From the NCBI GenBank assembly GCA_963845755.1, contig CAWJTV010000011.1:576001-640000 (forward strand): a DNA stretch of 64,000 bases. Reading direction: 5' to 3'. Under the pieces are notes generated by a model that saw only the letters and a program-made list of their open reading frames with translations, made no database searches and had not been told where the DNA came from. How positions within the stretch are numbered: position 1 is the first letter of the stretch; every line of letters starts with the position of its first letter. Position numbers and translations under genes: made by a program. Of this stretch, positions 52,980 through 63,445 are shown one piece after another. This DNA is from an uncultured Planctomycetota bacterium. GTDB lineage: Bacteria; Planctomycetota; Planctomycetia; Isosphaerales; Isosphaeraceae.

Positions 52980-54961
52980 TCAATCCTTCGGCCTGACCGA
53001 GAAGGCAATGGCCTGGACTAGCTCGACGTCGGAGATCTCTTCGAGATACTCGCAGACCGCCAGGAGGGGCGCGGGGGCTTCGCGTTCGGAGCGTCGCCGG
53101 AGCTCACCGCGGGGGACGCTGGAGACCCGCTGGATCTCGCCGTCTTCGAAGCCCCAGACGCGGGAGACCCGATCGGGCGCGACGTGGCTCCAGGCGCTGA
53201 CGGAGGCCGTCCCTCCCGTTCCATCGGGCAAACGGCGGCAAGGATTTACGCGACGCGACGACCACGAACACTTGCAATCCGGGTCCGTCCGTCAAGCCGA
53301 AGGTCCCCGATGGGCCGAACGAGATGCTCGCCGATCGAGAGGGTGGATCGCTTTCCTTCGGGGGGCTGCACAACTGGACCATTCCGTCGGCGTTTAGGGC
53401 GATCAGATAACAGTAGGCCGGTGCGTCGAGCCGGGCGGTCAATCCCACTTCGTCACCGACCAGGATCGCCCGAGCGGATAAACCGAGCGGGCCGAACGAT
53501 TGCGGAGCGTCGCCGCGCAGGTGTTCGGTCTCGAAACTGACGGTCCTCAAGGGTGCGGCGGTGGCCGGCGAGATCACCATTCGTTCCGGCACCGACGATC
53601 GAGGCTGCGATCTCAGAGCCAGCAGCCAGGCGGCCAGTACTGCGAGTCCCATCAGGCCGGCCGCTGCGATCCGGCGCCGGGCGAGGAACCCGCGCAAGGC
53701 GCGTTCCAGCTCAAGGGCCGTTCGGTAGCGCCGCTCGGGATCGAGGGCCAGGGCTTTGTGGCAGATCCGCTCCATGGCGCGTGGCACGCGCCGGTTCAAC
53801 CTGGCGGACCGGGAGATACTCGGCGTTCAGCGCTTGCCGGAGCTTCGAGAAGCGCGAGAGCCCCCGGTAGAGCGGCTGGCTGGTCAGCAGGTGGTAGAGC
53901 AACCCACCCAGGCCGAAGACGTCGGTCAGGGGACCGATCCGATCGGCGCGGCCCTGCGCCTGCTCGGGACTCATGTAGGAGGCCGTACCGCCGGACCAGT
54001 CGACTGCGTCGTCGGACCAGGCGTGCCTCCAGCGAGCCAGGCCAAAGTCGATCAACCGAGGCCGGCCCTCAGAATCCATCAAGACGTTGCGCGGCTTGAT
54101 GTCCTGGTGGACGATCCCCCGATCGTGGAGGTAAGCGACGACCTGCGCCAGCTCGGCCACCAGCCGGGCCGCCTGTCGCGGAGCCGGCCGGTGAAGGCCG
54201 ACGAATTGCTCCAGGTTCAGACCGGGAACGTACAACATGACCATGTACGGCCGGCCTTCGTGGACGCCGAGATCATAGACTCGTACCAGGCCGGGATGGT
54301 CGCACTCGCATAAGAGCCGCGCTTCGTCAACCAACCGGTCATGTACGGGCGACATGGACTGGCACTCGACCCCTTGTTCGAGCGGCCGCTTGGCCAGCTT
54401 GAGGGCAAAGTTCTTGCACATCCACGGGTGGTGTACCAAGAAGACCTCGGCCTGACCCCCCGTATCCAGGCACGAGAGGACCAGGTACGTACCTATCCGT
54501 CGAGGCGGCTCGACGCCAGTGGCCGGGTTTGGCTCGCCCGGCGCCGACCCCGGTTCCTCGGAGCGCTCCTCCGAAGAACGGATTTCTCGTTCGCTGGATA
54601 CCAGCCCACCCAGCAAATCGCCCTCAACCGCTCTGGCCTGTTCGGGTTCGCCACGCTCGCCTGAGTTCGACGCGCGCGACTCAAGTCCCTGCTCGAAGGT
54701 TTCTAGCGCCCAGACCGTTTGGTCCTGCGAACCATCGCCGCTGATCCAGGACGACTGCCGCAGTTGGTGCAGTTGGTGCAGCACATCGAGGTCTCCGACA
54801 ATCGCCTCGTCGGAAAGGTCTCGATCGATCAGCCATTGGCGAGAGTCGGTCTCCAAATCGCGTTGCAGGTCCTCCCAGTATTCGTCCAGTAGCGCGGAGT
54901 AGTCCGGGTCCGAAATCGGGCCGTCACGCTCATCATGGTCAGATGATTGGCGATCCATCAT
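52980..54961 (-). CDS. Ser/Thr kinase with TM helix and DUF4384-like C-terminal domain; frameshifts near 53800 and 53195
   Basis: [81 protein letters not shown]...[16 protein letters not shown]. Confidence 0.85.
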
Positions 54962-55731
54962 GACCCGTCCTTCGCGATCGCGCGAAACAAGGGCTGTGCC
55001 TCGGCGATCCAGCGCGCGACGCACTCCTCCGACACCTGGAGCCGCTGCGCGATCTGCCTCGGATCAGCCCCCTGGAATCGATGGACGCCGATCGCGTCTT
55101 GCTGGTCAATGCGGAACCCGCGCCGGCTCATCAGCTCCTGTAACTGCATGGCCTCGCGGACACGACGGACCGCGCGGCAGTATCGTTGCCGCACCGCCGC
55201 TGGTGCGATCTCCAGATCGGCGGCGATTCTCTCGTGGCTCTGGCCTTCGAAGAGATGCAGGAAGATGATCGCCCGGTCCTCCTCGCGGCACCAGCTCGCG
55301 GCCAGAATCAGCCGATCGCATTCCTCGGCCCGCGCGAGCCGATCGGCCACGGACGTCGAAGAGCCGGCAAGCTCCTTCTGGTCGCTCCAGGCCGGATTGA
55401 CCGGCTTCTCCTGACCCACGTTCCGCCGTTGATTGTGCCAGTGCCGCAAGAGCTTGAGCAGCAGCTTGTCCTGGATGCGAGCGAGCCAGGTGTAGAATTC
55501 GCCAATGCTCTGGCCCTTGAATCGGTCGAACTGGATCGTGGCCCGAAGCAGAACCTTCTGGACCAAATCCGAGGCGTCTTCCTTGCAGTCCAGCTTCCGG
55601 GAGATTTGCTTCCCCGCGCTGCGGCGAAGTCCCGAGCGGCATGCCGCCATCCACTGGTTTAGGGTGGACGGACTCCTCTGACCTGCCTGCCTGATCGGCC
55701 CATTCAAGGGTCGCGCCGTCGATGATTCCAT
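54958..55731 (-). CDS. ECF sigma-70 factor with C-terminal extension
   Basis: [63 protein letters not shown] overlap with the kinase start. Confidence 0.85.
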   Translation of the reverse strand: MESSTARPLNGPIRQAGQRSPSTLNQWMAACRSGLRRSAGKQISRKLDCKEDASDLVQKVLLRATIQFDRFKGQSIGEFYTWLARIQDKLLLKLLRHWHNQRRNVGQEKPVNPAWSDQKELAGSSTSVADRLARAEECDRLILAASWCREEDRAIIFLHLFEGQSHERIAADLEIAPAAVRQRYCRAVRRVREAMQLQELMSRRGFRIDQQDAIGVHRFQGADPRQIAQRLQVSEECVARWIAEAQPLFRAIAKDGS

Positions 55732-56217
55732 GGGAGCATTCCCGTCCGGCCTGTCGCGGCGACTTCGCAATCTATTCCGAGTACCGAGCACGATCACGGT
55801 TGTGACGGAGCCGCTGAATCGCCGGCGCGATCTGGTCCCGGCGCCGTCCTCAGAGATTGGCATGCATTCGGGGATAATTCGTACACGTGAGTCGTTGAAT
55901 CCTGATCGACAATCCATGATCTCAGCTCGGGGATCTCAGTTCGGCGGAGATCGCAAGAATCGCTTTCTGGCCCTGTCACACTCTTCGCGAAAAGGGAGCT
56001 TACCCCCATGGAGGACGTGCGGTGTGTGTGACCAGAGGCCCGGCATGGACCCGACCCATTGGGCCGGCGAGGACCATCCCGCAGCCCACATTCCTGTGGC
56101 CCGAGGCGTTGATCACCACATGGTTTCTCGGAGGCAAAACCCGAGGAATCGCGACGGGAGTCATGAGATTCGAAACGAAGTCCGAACCCATTGGGTTCTG
56201 CCGACAAGGAGAAAAGC

Positions 56218-57039
56218 ATGAACATCCGACAGCTTTACCTCGTTCTTTGTCTAGTCTGCTGGATCGGGCTGGGTGATCTTGCCCTCGGCCATGCGCAAGG
56301 GGGTACGATTTCGCCGCTCACGCTCTATGATAGCGCGAATGCCCCATGGACCGTCACCTGGAACGACCCCAATGTCACCATCACAACGACTCCCGCTAAC
56401 GGGAGTACGCCTACTGCGCAAACCACGGCAATGCAACTGAACTATGCGTTCGCTCAACCCAACACCACTCCTCTCGTTCTCACATTCACTGAGGTGAATG
56501 TGGCAACCTCGAGCTACGGCGGCAAGAATGGAGACGGCACGGCTGGGCTCAACTTCAGGCTAACCGAAGCCTTGACCAATAATCTTCTCGACCCCATTGT
56601 CAGGATCAGCGAGGTGCTGAGAGATTCGGACATAATGCCCGATGCGAATAAGAATCTTGTCTACCTCACACGGGCCCAGGAAAACACCCTCTACACGAAC
56701 GGCAGTGCTCACCACCCGGGCTTTTCACACTTCCACACCTTGGGGGGGGCCAACTACGCTGGGTTCACGCCGAACCAATTCAACGGGACGAATGACCTCG
56801 AACTCACCAACGGAACGATCGCGGTCGGCGCCACGGCCACGATTGGTGCCTTCAAGATCCACGACATTGTTGTTGATCAATACAAAAGACAGTTCACGCT
56901 GACGGTCACGGCGGCGACTGCGAACCCGGAGCCGGCGTCGGTGATCATGCTGTCGATCGGAATGGCGTCGATCGTGGGATACACCTTTCAGCGGAGAAAG
57001 CGGGCACGTCTTGGAAACCGACCCAGTGAAACCGTGTGA
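56218..57039 (+). CDS. PEP-CTERM sorting domain protein
   Basis: AAGGAG ribosome-binding site; signal peptide; NPEPASVIMLSIGMASIVGYTFQRRKR; visibly lower GC than flanks. Confidence 0.85.
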   Translation: MNIRQLYLVLCLVCWIGLGDLALGHAQGGTISPLTLYDSANAPWTVTWNDPNVTITTTPANGSTPTAQTTAMQLNYAFAQPNTTPLVLTFTEVNVATSSYGGKNGDGTAGLNFRLTEALTNNLLDPIVRISEVLRDSDIMPDANKNLVYLTRAQENTLYTNGSAHHPGFSHFHTLGGANYAGFTPNQFNGTNDLELTNGTIAVGATATIGAFKIHDIVVDQYKRQFTLTVTAATANPEPASVIMLSIGMASIVGYTFQRRKRARLGNRPSETV

Positions 57040-57083
57040 TTCGCCCGAGTCATCGCGGCGCTGGGATTCTCTGGGGGCGTCGC

Positions 57084-57197
57084 CCTGCGGGCACCGCCCT
57101 CAGCCATCCCGACGACGACGTGAGCCGGAAGTGGGATGGCTTCCACCCTGGCGACGACATCAGCCGGAGTGGGGTGGCTGAGGGCGGTGCCCGCAGG
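57084..57197. repeat. Inverted-repeat (REP-like) element between convergent genes
   Basis: cctgcgggcaccgccctcagccatccc ... ggggtggctgagggcggtgcccgcagg; internal direct repeat gacgac...agccgga.gtggg. Confidence 0.75.
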
Positions 57198-57359
57198 AGA
57201 GCCCGGCTCCGACAAGGACCGGGGCCTGCGGTCTCACGTTCCTCGACGGCGAGGAGCCTACGATACGGGTTCGCGTTCATTGCCCGAACGATGTCCGCGC
57301 GAACGTCGTCCACGTGCAGAAGTTTGCCCGCGCCGTACCCGTTCCCTGAGGCTCGTCGG

Positions 57360-58524
57360 TCATCGATTCGAGCCTGATGACGCCTCGATCTCCGCCCGCA
57401 AGGCGGTGATATCCTGAAGGATGGCCGGCAGCTCGTCCAGGGGGAACTGGGACTTGACGGCGCCGTTCCAGAAATGCCGCTTTGTTCATACCGTAGACGA
57501 CGGAGGTGAATTCGTCCTGGCCGAGCGTGAATCCTCCCGCGGCCAGGATGGCCTTGCAGCCGTCAACACCGTCGCGGCCCATGCCGGTCATGATGATGCC
57601 GACGGTCGCCGACTGGTAGACCCTGGCCGCCGCCTGGAACAACACGTCAATCGAGGGCCGATGCCCGCTGACTTCCGGGTCGTCGGTGATCACGGCCCGC
57701 ACCCGCGGCGGATGTCCCGTCAGGGCCAGGTGCCGGTCGCCCGGGGCGATCAAGATCTGATCGGGGAGCACCAGGTCGCCTTCCTGGGCCATCTTGACCT
57801 TGATCGAGTCGGGCGTGTGGCGATTGAGCCGCTCGGCGAAGGTCCTGTTGAACTCCGCCAGCATGTGCTGGACCAGGAGGATCGGCGGGAGCGGCGCGGT
57901 CAGCATCGGGAAGACCTGGCTGAGTGCCTGCGGGCCGCCGGTCGAGATCCCGATGACGATGCACGGGGCCGCCGCCGCAGCCGAGACCCGCCCCGGCTTC
58001 GTGCCCGGTGGACGCGACGCCGTCGTGGGCGATGTCGCGGTGGTTGCCCGGAGGGCGGCGCGGCGCGGGCGCCGGACCCGGCTCTGGGCGGCGCCCAGCA
58101 CCTTGGCGATGAGCAGGTCGCGGCTGGCGCGCATCTCCGCGAGCTGGTTCCGCTCGGGTTTGGGCAGGAAGTCGACCGCGCCCAGCTCCAGGGCCTGCAA
58201 GGTCACCTCGGCCCCTTCCTGCGTCAAGGCGCTGACCATCACCACCGGCACTTCGTGGACGGCTAGAATCGACGGCAGCGCGTCCAGGCCCGAGACCTCC
58301 GGCATCTCCACGTCCAGCGTGATCACGTCCGGCTTGAGCTTCAGCGCCTGGGCGACTGCCTCGCGGCCATCGCGCCCGTAGCCGGCGATCTCGATCTCCG
58401 GTGACCCGCTGAGTAGGTCTGACAAGAGCCGGCGCATCAACGCCGAATCGTCCACGATCAGCACGCGGACCTTGCCGCGGACCTCGTCGCTTTCCGGCAT
58501 CTGCTCGCGATCGGAAGTCGCCAT
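57360..58524 (-). CDS. cheB: Chemotaxis response regulator / methylesterase; frameshift near the 3' end
   Basis: REC VLIVDDS..DVITLDVEMP; catalytic GISTGGP, VQHM, MTGMGRDG; HRPSIDVLF; SVVYGM. Confidence 0.93.
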
Positions 58525-58572
58525 GGTGGGTCTCGTCTCGTCGGCGGCGATCCGCGATTGAAGAAGGACTCT

Positions 58573-58689
58573 CGATTCGAGATTCGAGATTCAGAGATTC
58601 GAGATTCAGAGATTCGAGATTCAAGATTCGAGATTCAAGATCGATCGTTCTTATTTCAGCAGCCATCCGTATCTTGAATTTTGAATCTG
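58573..58689. repeat. Heptamer tandem repeat (GATTCGA/GATTCAA) with a downstream inverted copy
   Basis: cgattcgagattcgagattcagagattcgagattcagagattcgagattcaagattcgagattcaagat, then atcttgaattttgaatct. Confidence 0.85.
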
Positions 58690-58748
58690 TAGTCGAGGAT
58701 TCCCCCGATGCGCACGCAATGAGGCGTTCCTCCGGAAAAGGCTTCGAC

Positions 58749-59135
58749 TCACGTCGGCGCCGCCGGAGGCGGCCCGTCACCGCCCAGTTTGGCCAGCAGG
58801 TTGAGGACCCGCTGACGCTCGAACGGCTTGACGATGAAGTCGAATGCACCGTCACGAATCGATTCTATCAACGTCTGTTTCTGATCGAGCGCGGTAACCA
58901 CGACGACCTTCGCCTCCGGGTCGCTGGCGCGGATCAGGCGCAGGGCCTCCAAACCCCCCATCTCCGGCATGACGAGATCCATCGTCACCAGGTCGGGGCG
59001 GAGCTGCTTGTAAAGTGCCACGGCATCCACCCCATTGCCGGCCTCACCCACGACCTCCCAGCCGGCTTCGGCCGCTACGCCGGAGATCATCTTTCGCATG
59101 AACAGGGCGTCGTCGACAACCAGGAGACGTTTCAT
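58749..59135 (-). CDS. cheY: Chemotaxis response regulator
   Basis: LLVVDDALFMR, PDLVTMDLVMP, VVVTAL, DFIVKPF; single receiver domain. Confidence 0.9.
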   Translation of the reverse strand: MKRLLVVDDALFMRKMISGVAAEAGWEVVGEAGNGVDAVALYKQLRPDLVTMDLVMPEMGGLEALRLIRASDPEAKVVVVTALDQKQTLIESIRDGAFDFIVKPFERQRVLNLLAKLGGDGPPPAAPT

Positions 59136-59193
59136 GGGCTCACCCCGTTGTATGGAAACCTGATGCGACTCGCTCGAGGATCTCGGCCTGGGG

Positions 59194-59586
59194 TTACTTC
59201 AAACTTCTTGTTAAGATCCAAAGTACCATCGCGCAGAGGGCGACCGCCACCATCAGGCACCTCAGGCGTACCCGGAGGAGCCATGGAAAAAACAGGGCGA
59301 CGATCGCGAGTACCGATCCGAATCCGGCGCCGCAGGCCGATCCCAGTCCCGCGCCGGTCTTGAGACCAGCCTGAGCGGGGCTCCATGAGGGAGGCGGAGG
59401 GTCGCCGTCCAGTGCATACAGGCCCCTCGCGATGCCCGGCGCGAAGACGCCGACGAGGAGACCGAGCGTCCCTCCGCACAGGCCGAATGCCAGGGCGGCG
59501 ACGGCGATGATTTCGAATGCGCGCCTCAAGATGGCGGCTCGACTCTCATTCAGAAGGATCTCCGGCACACCGTGGCTAGATCTCAT
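59194..59586 (-). CDS. Hypothetical membrane protein inside the che cluster (start uncertain)
   Basis: Three hydrophobic segments; C-terminal RVRLRCLMVAVALCAMVLW. Confidence 0.55.
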   Translation of the reverse strand: MRSSHGVPEILLNESRAAILRRAFEIIAVAALAFGLCGGTLGLLVGVFAPGIARGLYALDGDPPPPSWSPAQAGLKTGAGLGSACGAGFGSVLAIVALFFPWLLRVRLRCLMVAVALCAMVLWILTRSLK

Positions 59587-60103
59587 ATTCAGATCCTCCC
59601 GGGACCTTGATCGCGATCATGCCCGAACTGGTGTCCAGGGTCAACCGGCGGCCGGCCGTGCCGCCGAGGTCGCGGGCCAGGATCGGGATCTTCCAGTCGC
59701 TCAGGATCTGCTCGATGGCCTCCTGGTTCCGCTGGCCGATATTGAGCGTGGAATTGACGTCGGGATTGAGCTGGAACATGCTAGCTCCGCCCGCGAGCTT
59801 GGCGGTCAGGCGCGTGCGGACCTTGGCACCGAGCCGACGCTCGAAGTCGGCAATCAGGGTGGGTATTGCCGTGTCGGCGTACTTGCCGGGATGATCGACC
59901 GCCCCTCGCGCCGAGGGGAGCACGACGTGGGCTAGACCCCCCAGCCTGGCAATCCGATCGTAGAGGACGACACCCACGCACGAGCCGAGGAGCGTCCGGA
60001 TCCGGGTCGGCGCGGCGGCGACGACCCATTGGCCGATCGCCACGGAGACGACCTCGAGGGATGCCGGCGGTTCGGTCGAGCGGGGGATCGGCACGGTCGC
60101 CAC
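59576..60103 (-). CDS. cheD: Chemoreceptor glutamine deamidase
   Basis: TLLGSCVGVVLYD..GGLAHVVLP, KYADTAI, AKLAGGASMF, IGQRN, DLGG..GR. Confidence 0.93.
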   Translation of the reverse strand: MATVPIPRSTEPPASLEVVSVAIGQWVVAAAPTRIRTLLGSCVGVVLYDRIARLGGLAHVVLPSARGAVDHPGKYADTAIPTLIADFERRLGAKVRTRLTAKLAGGASMFQLNPDVNSTLNIGQRNQEAIEQILSDWKIPILARDLGGTAGRRLTLDTSSGMIAIKVPGGSEYEI

Positions 60104-60104
60104 C

Positions 60105-60758
60105 TCACGGGGAATCGGGGGATTCGAGCCGGCCCAGCGACGTGGCCAGCGTCTCGAGCGCCGCACGGCTCGGGATGAACAACAGCGTCCAGTTGAGGTT
60201 CAGCCCTGGCCGATCCCCGGCGAAATCGCTACGGATCAGCAGGACCTGGTCCAGCTCCAGGGCCTGCTCCATCAGGGCAAACTCGAGCAGGCTGCCGGCA
60301 AATTCGTGCAAGAACGTCGGAGGCGTGGGGACCAGCTCGTCGGCGACGGACTCGCGGGCGCCGGGCAGGTGCGCCGCCAGCGCGTTGACGTACGCGCAGC
60401 CCACGATGTTGGTCGTCTCCTTGGCGGCCGACTGCTCGAGGTCGCCCCAGGACGTGGTCGTGCCGATCGGTTGGTGCATGAGCAGGTTGACCAGGGCCAG
60501 TCCCGAGCGGTCCTCGAACACCAGGAGGATCGAGCCGGTGAGCCGGCCGGTCAGCCCCATCGCGCAGGCCGCGACCAGGGCATCCGGAGGGCCCAGCAGG
60601 TCGGCCGCCCGATCCAGCTCGAGCAGGTCGACCTCGCTGATCGTCAGCCGGACCTCGGCGCCCAACCATTTCGAAAGCGCCAGCGACGCGGCCTCGGCGC
60701 CCCGGTCGAAGATCATCCGCAACAATCGACACTGGGCGTCCGTCAGGATGGGTTGCAT
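60105..60758 (-). CDS. cheC: CheC-like chemotaxis phosphatase
   Basis: ASLALSKWLG, SAAKETTNIVGCAYVNALA, PTPP; lies between cheA and cheD. Confidence 0.85.
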   Translation of the reverse strand: MQPILTDAQCRLLRMIFDRGAEAASLALSKWLGAEVRLTISEVDLLELDRAADLLGPPDALVAACAMGLTGRLTGSILLVFEDRSGLALVNLLMHQPIGTTTSWGDLEQSAAKETTNIVGCAYVNALAAHLPGARESVADELVPTPPTFLHEFAGSLLEFALMEQALELDQVLLIRSDFAGDRPGLNLNWTLLFIPSRAALETLATSLGRLESPDSP

Positions 60759-60786
60759 GGGTTCTAACTTCGGATTATAGATTGTA

Positions 60787-60808
60787 CATTCAAGATTCAA
60801 GATTCACC
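60787..60808. repeat. Short heptamer repeat (ATTCAAG, about three copies)
   Basis: cattcaagattcaagattcacc; same unit as 58573. Confidence 0.6.
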
Positions 60809-60855
60809 AAAATCCTGATGGAATGGGAGCCCGGAATTCGGTGTTGGGCCCTCCA

Positions 60856-63297
60856 TCATTCCCGCCGCCGGGCCGGCTGCCGGGCGACCATGTCGATCAC
60901 GGCGTCGAGGTCGAGGATCAGCGAGACGCGACCGTCGCCCAGGATGCTGGCTCCCGACAGTCCGGGGATGGACCGGTAGTTCTTCTCCAGCGATTTGAGC
61001 ACCACTTCTTGCATGCCGATCAACTGGTTGACCACGAGGCCGATGGTGGTCTCTCCGTTCTGCACGACGACGACGGTGCGCTTGTCGGTGCCGTCCTCGG
61101 ACGGATGGGAGCCGTTGCGCGCCGCGGGGTGGTCAATCCCGCCCCATCGGAAGACGTCGCCGAGCGCGACCAGGGCGACGATCTTCTTGCGGATCTCGAT
61201 GGCCGGCCGGCCCTGGACGCGGTAGATCTGGCCGGGGCGGATCTCGACGATCTCATCGATGTGATCCAGGGGGATGGCGTAGATCTCGTCGTAGATGCGC
61301 ACCAGCAGGCTGGACATGATGGCCAGGGTCAGGGGGAGCCGGATAGTGAACGTGGTCCCCTGTCCCTGGGCGCTGCGGACGTCGACGGCGCCGTTGAGGT
61401 TCTCGATCCGGCTCTTGACGATGTCCATGCCGACGCCGCGGCCAGAAATCTCGGTGATGGTCTCGGCGGTGCTGAGGCCCGGGTGCCAGATGTAGGTGAC
61501 CAGGTCGCGGTCGGACAGCTCGCCGGCCTCGGTCTTGCCGAGGATTCCCTTGGCGATGATCTTCTCGCGGATGCGCTCGCAGCTAATGCCGTGGCCGTCG
61601 TCGCTCACGGTGATCACGACGCTGTTGCCGCGGTGCGAGGCCAGGAGCGAGACGGTGCCGGCGCGGGGCTTGCCGGCCGCCTCGCGCCGATCGGGCGGCT
61701 CGAGCCCGTGGTCGACGGCGTTGCGGACCATGTGGATCAAGGGGTCGGAGAGCTCGTCGATCATCCGCTTGTCCAGCTCGGTCTTCTCGCCGCCGATCTG
61801 GAGGAGTACCTCCTTGCCCGAGGAGTGGCTGAGGTCGCGGATCACGCGACGGAAACGCTCGAAGAGCGGGCCGATCGGGACCATGCGCGTGTCGAGCACG
61901 CCTTTCTGCAATCCGTCGGAGACCCGGCCGAGGCTGTGGATCGCGTCGGCCAGCGCCTTGATCTGCTCGCGCGCCTCGCGGATCAGCATCAACTCGTCCT
62001 GGATGGCGCGGAAGTTCTCGCGGAGTCGGCGGACGTGGGCCGACCATCGGTCGGGCGAGCCGCCGGCGGACGTGGGCCCGGCGCCGGCCTTGAGGTCGGC
62101 CAGTCCGTCGAGACAGCGGGTGACGCTGTCGAGCCGCTCGCGGGTATCGGAGGCCAACGACTGGGCGTTGGAGCCGCGGAACAGCTCCTCCAGCCCCCGG
62201 GTGATCGCCACGAAACGGGCCTTGGTGATGACCAGCTCGCCGGCCAGGTTCATCAGGTGGTCGAGCCGGTCGCTCTCGACCCGGATCGTCTCGGCGACCC
62301 GCACTTTCTTCGGCCCGCCGGCCTTCGGTGCGCCGGGGGTCGGCTCACCGGCCGACGCGGCGCCAGCCGACGTGGGTATGCCCGGCTCGGGGAGCAGTGC
62401 CTCCGTGGGACTGGTCGCCGGGCTGGCCGCATCGTGGGGTGCTGGCTCGGGCTCGAGTTCGGCCGTCCTTTCGGTAACGACCCTCGCGGGCACCGATGGC
62501 GACTCGAGCGTTCTCGCGGGCCCGGACGCGGGCGGCAAATGGGAGGCTGTCACGTCACGCCCGGGCGGATCGGCCGATTGGATTCGTACCTGAGCCACTC
62601 CCTCGACATCGGCCAGGGCGCGCAGCTCCTCCATGCCACAATCGGCGACCAGGACGACCGTGAACCGCGAGAGCGGGTCGACCTCGTCAAGCCGCTCCGT
62701 GGGCGGGTCGGTGGAGACGACCCGGCCCCGGGAGGATAGCCGGTTCAAGACCAGCCGCGCCTTCATGTCGGCCAGCGGCAGGTTGGCTTCGAAGACGACC
62801 GTCACCGCGAGGCTGTTCTCCTCTTCGAACCTCCGCGTCGTCGGCGCCGGTGCCGGTATGGCGGCGGCTGTTGTGGTCGCCGACGGTGTCGGAGGGGTCG
62901 TTGTTGCCGTCGGCTTCAAGGCGGCCTCGACCTGCGCGGTCAGCCCCGAGAGGTCGACCTCGCTCTGACCCTGCGCTCGCAGGTCGCGATGATAATCCCT
63001 CAATTCATCGAGACAGCGGAATGTCAGGTCCAGGGCTGGACGGTCGAGTACCCGCTTCTTGCTCCGGAACTGTTCGAAGAGGCTCTCCATGTGATGAGTC
63101 AACCGATTGACCGGCTGGAACCCCATCACCACCGAGGCCCCCTTGATGCTGTGGAACATCCGGAAGGCTTCCTGCAAAGCCTTGGCGTCGGCCGGGTCTT
63201 GCTCCAGGCGCAAGAGCGCATCGTTGAGCCCGGCGATGTGCTCGTCGGTCTCGTCCAGGTAGAACGGCATCAGCTCGGCGATGTTGAATCCGGACAC
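60856..63297 (-). CDS. cheA: Chemotaxis histidine kinase (Hpt-P2-dimerisation-HATPase-CheW)
   Basis: FRMFHSIKGAS, ETIRVESDRLDHLMNLAGELVI, PLIHMVRNAVDHG, ISGRGVGMDIVK, LPLTLAI, GASILGDG; GTG start after GGGAGGG. Confidence 0.95.
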   Translation of the reverse strand: MSGFNIAELMPFYLDETDEHIAGLNDALLRLEQDPADAKALQEAFRMFHSIKGASVVMGFQPVNRLTHHMESLFEQFRSKKRVLDRPALDLTFRCLDELRDYHRDLRAQGQSEVDLSGLTAQVEAALKPTATTTPPTPSATTTAAAIPAPAPTTRRFEEENSLAVTVVFEANLPLADMKARLVLNRLSSRGRVVSTDPPTERLDEVDPLSRFTVVLVADCGMEELRALADVEGVAQVRIQSADPPGRDVTASHLPPASGPARTLESPSVPARVVTERTAELEPEPAPHDAASPATSPTEALLPEPGIPTSAGAASAGEPTPGAPKAGGPKKVRVAETIRVESDRLDHLMNLAGELVITKARFVAITRGLEELFRGSNAQSLASDTRERLDSVTRCLDGLADLKAGAGPTSAGGSPDRWSAHVRRLRENFRAIQDELMLIREAREQIKALADAIHSLGRVSDGLQKGVLDTRMVPIGPLFERFRRVIRDLSHSSGKEVLLQIGGEKTELDKRMIDELSDPLIHMVRNAVDHGLEPPDRREAAGKPRAGTVSLLASHRGNSVVITVSDDGHGISCERIREKIIAKGILGKTEAGELSDRDLVTYIWHPGLSTAETITEISGRGVGMDIVKSRIENLNGAVDVRSAQGQGTTFTIRLPLTLAIMSSLLVRIYDEIYAIPLDHIDEIVEIRPGQIYRVQGRPAIEIRKKIVALVALGDVFRWGGIDHPAARNGSHPSEDGTDKRTVVVVQNGETTIGLVVNQLIGMQEVVLKSLEKNYRSIPGLSGASILGDGRVSLILDLDAVIDMVARQPARRRE

Positions 63298-63349
63298 GTC
63301 GTTCCCTCCCGGGTGTCGGGAGCCCTTCGGTCGTTCGTGTGTGGTCTCC

Positions 63350-63414
63350 GTAGGGTGCTCGGTGAGCACCGGCGAGGGCCGGACACGGGAATTGGTGCTT
63401 ACCGAGCACCCTGC
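63350..63414. repeat. GTAG-type REP doublet
   Basis: gtagggtgctcggtgagcacc ... ggtgcttaccgagcaccctgc. Confidence 0.85.
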
Positions 63415-63445
63415 AAGCCTGCGTGCAACCCAAGAGTACGCCGCG

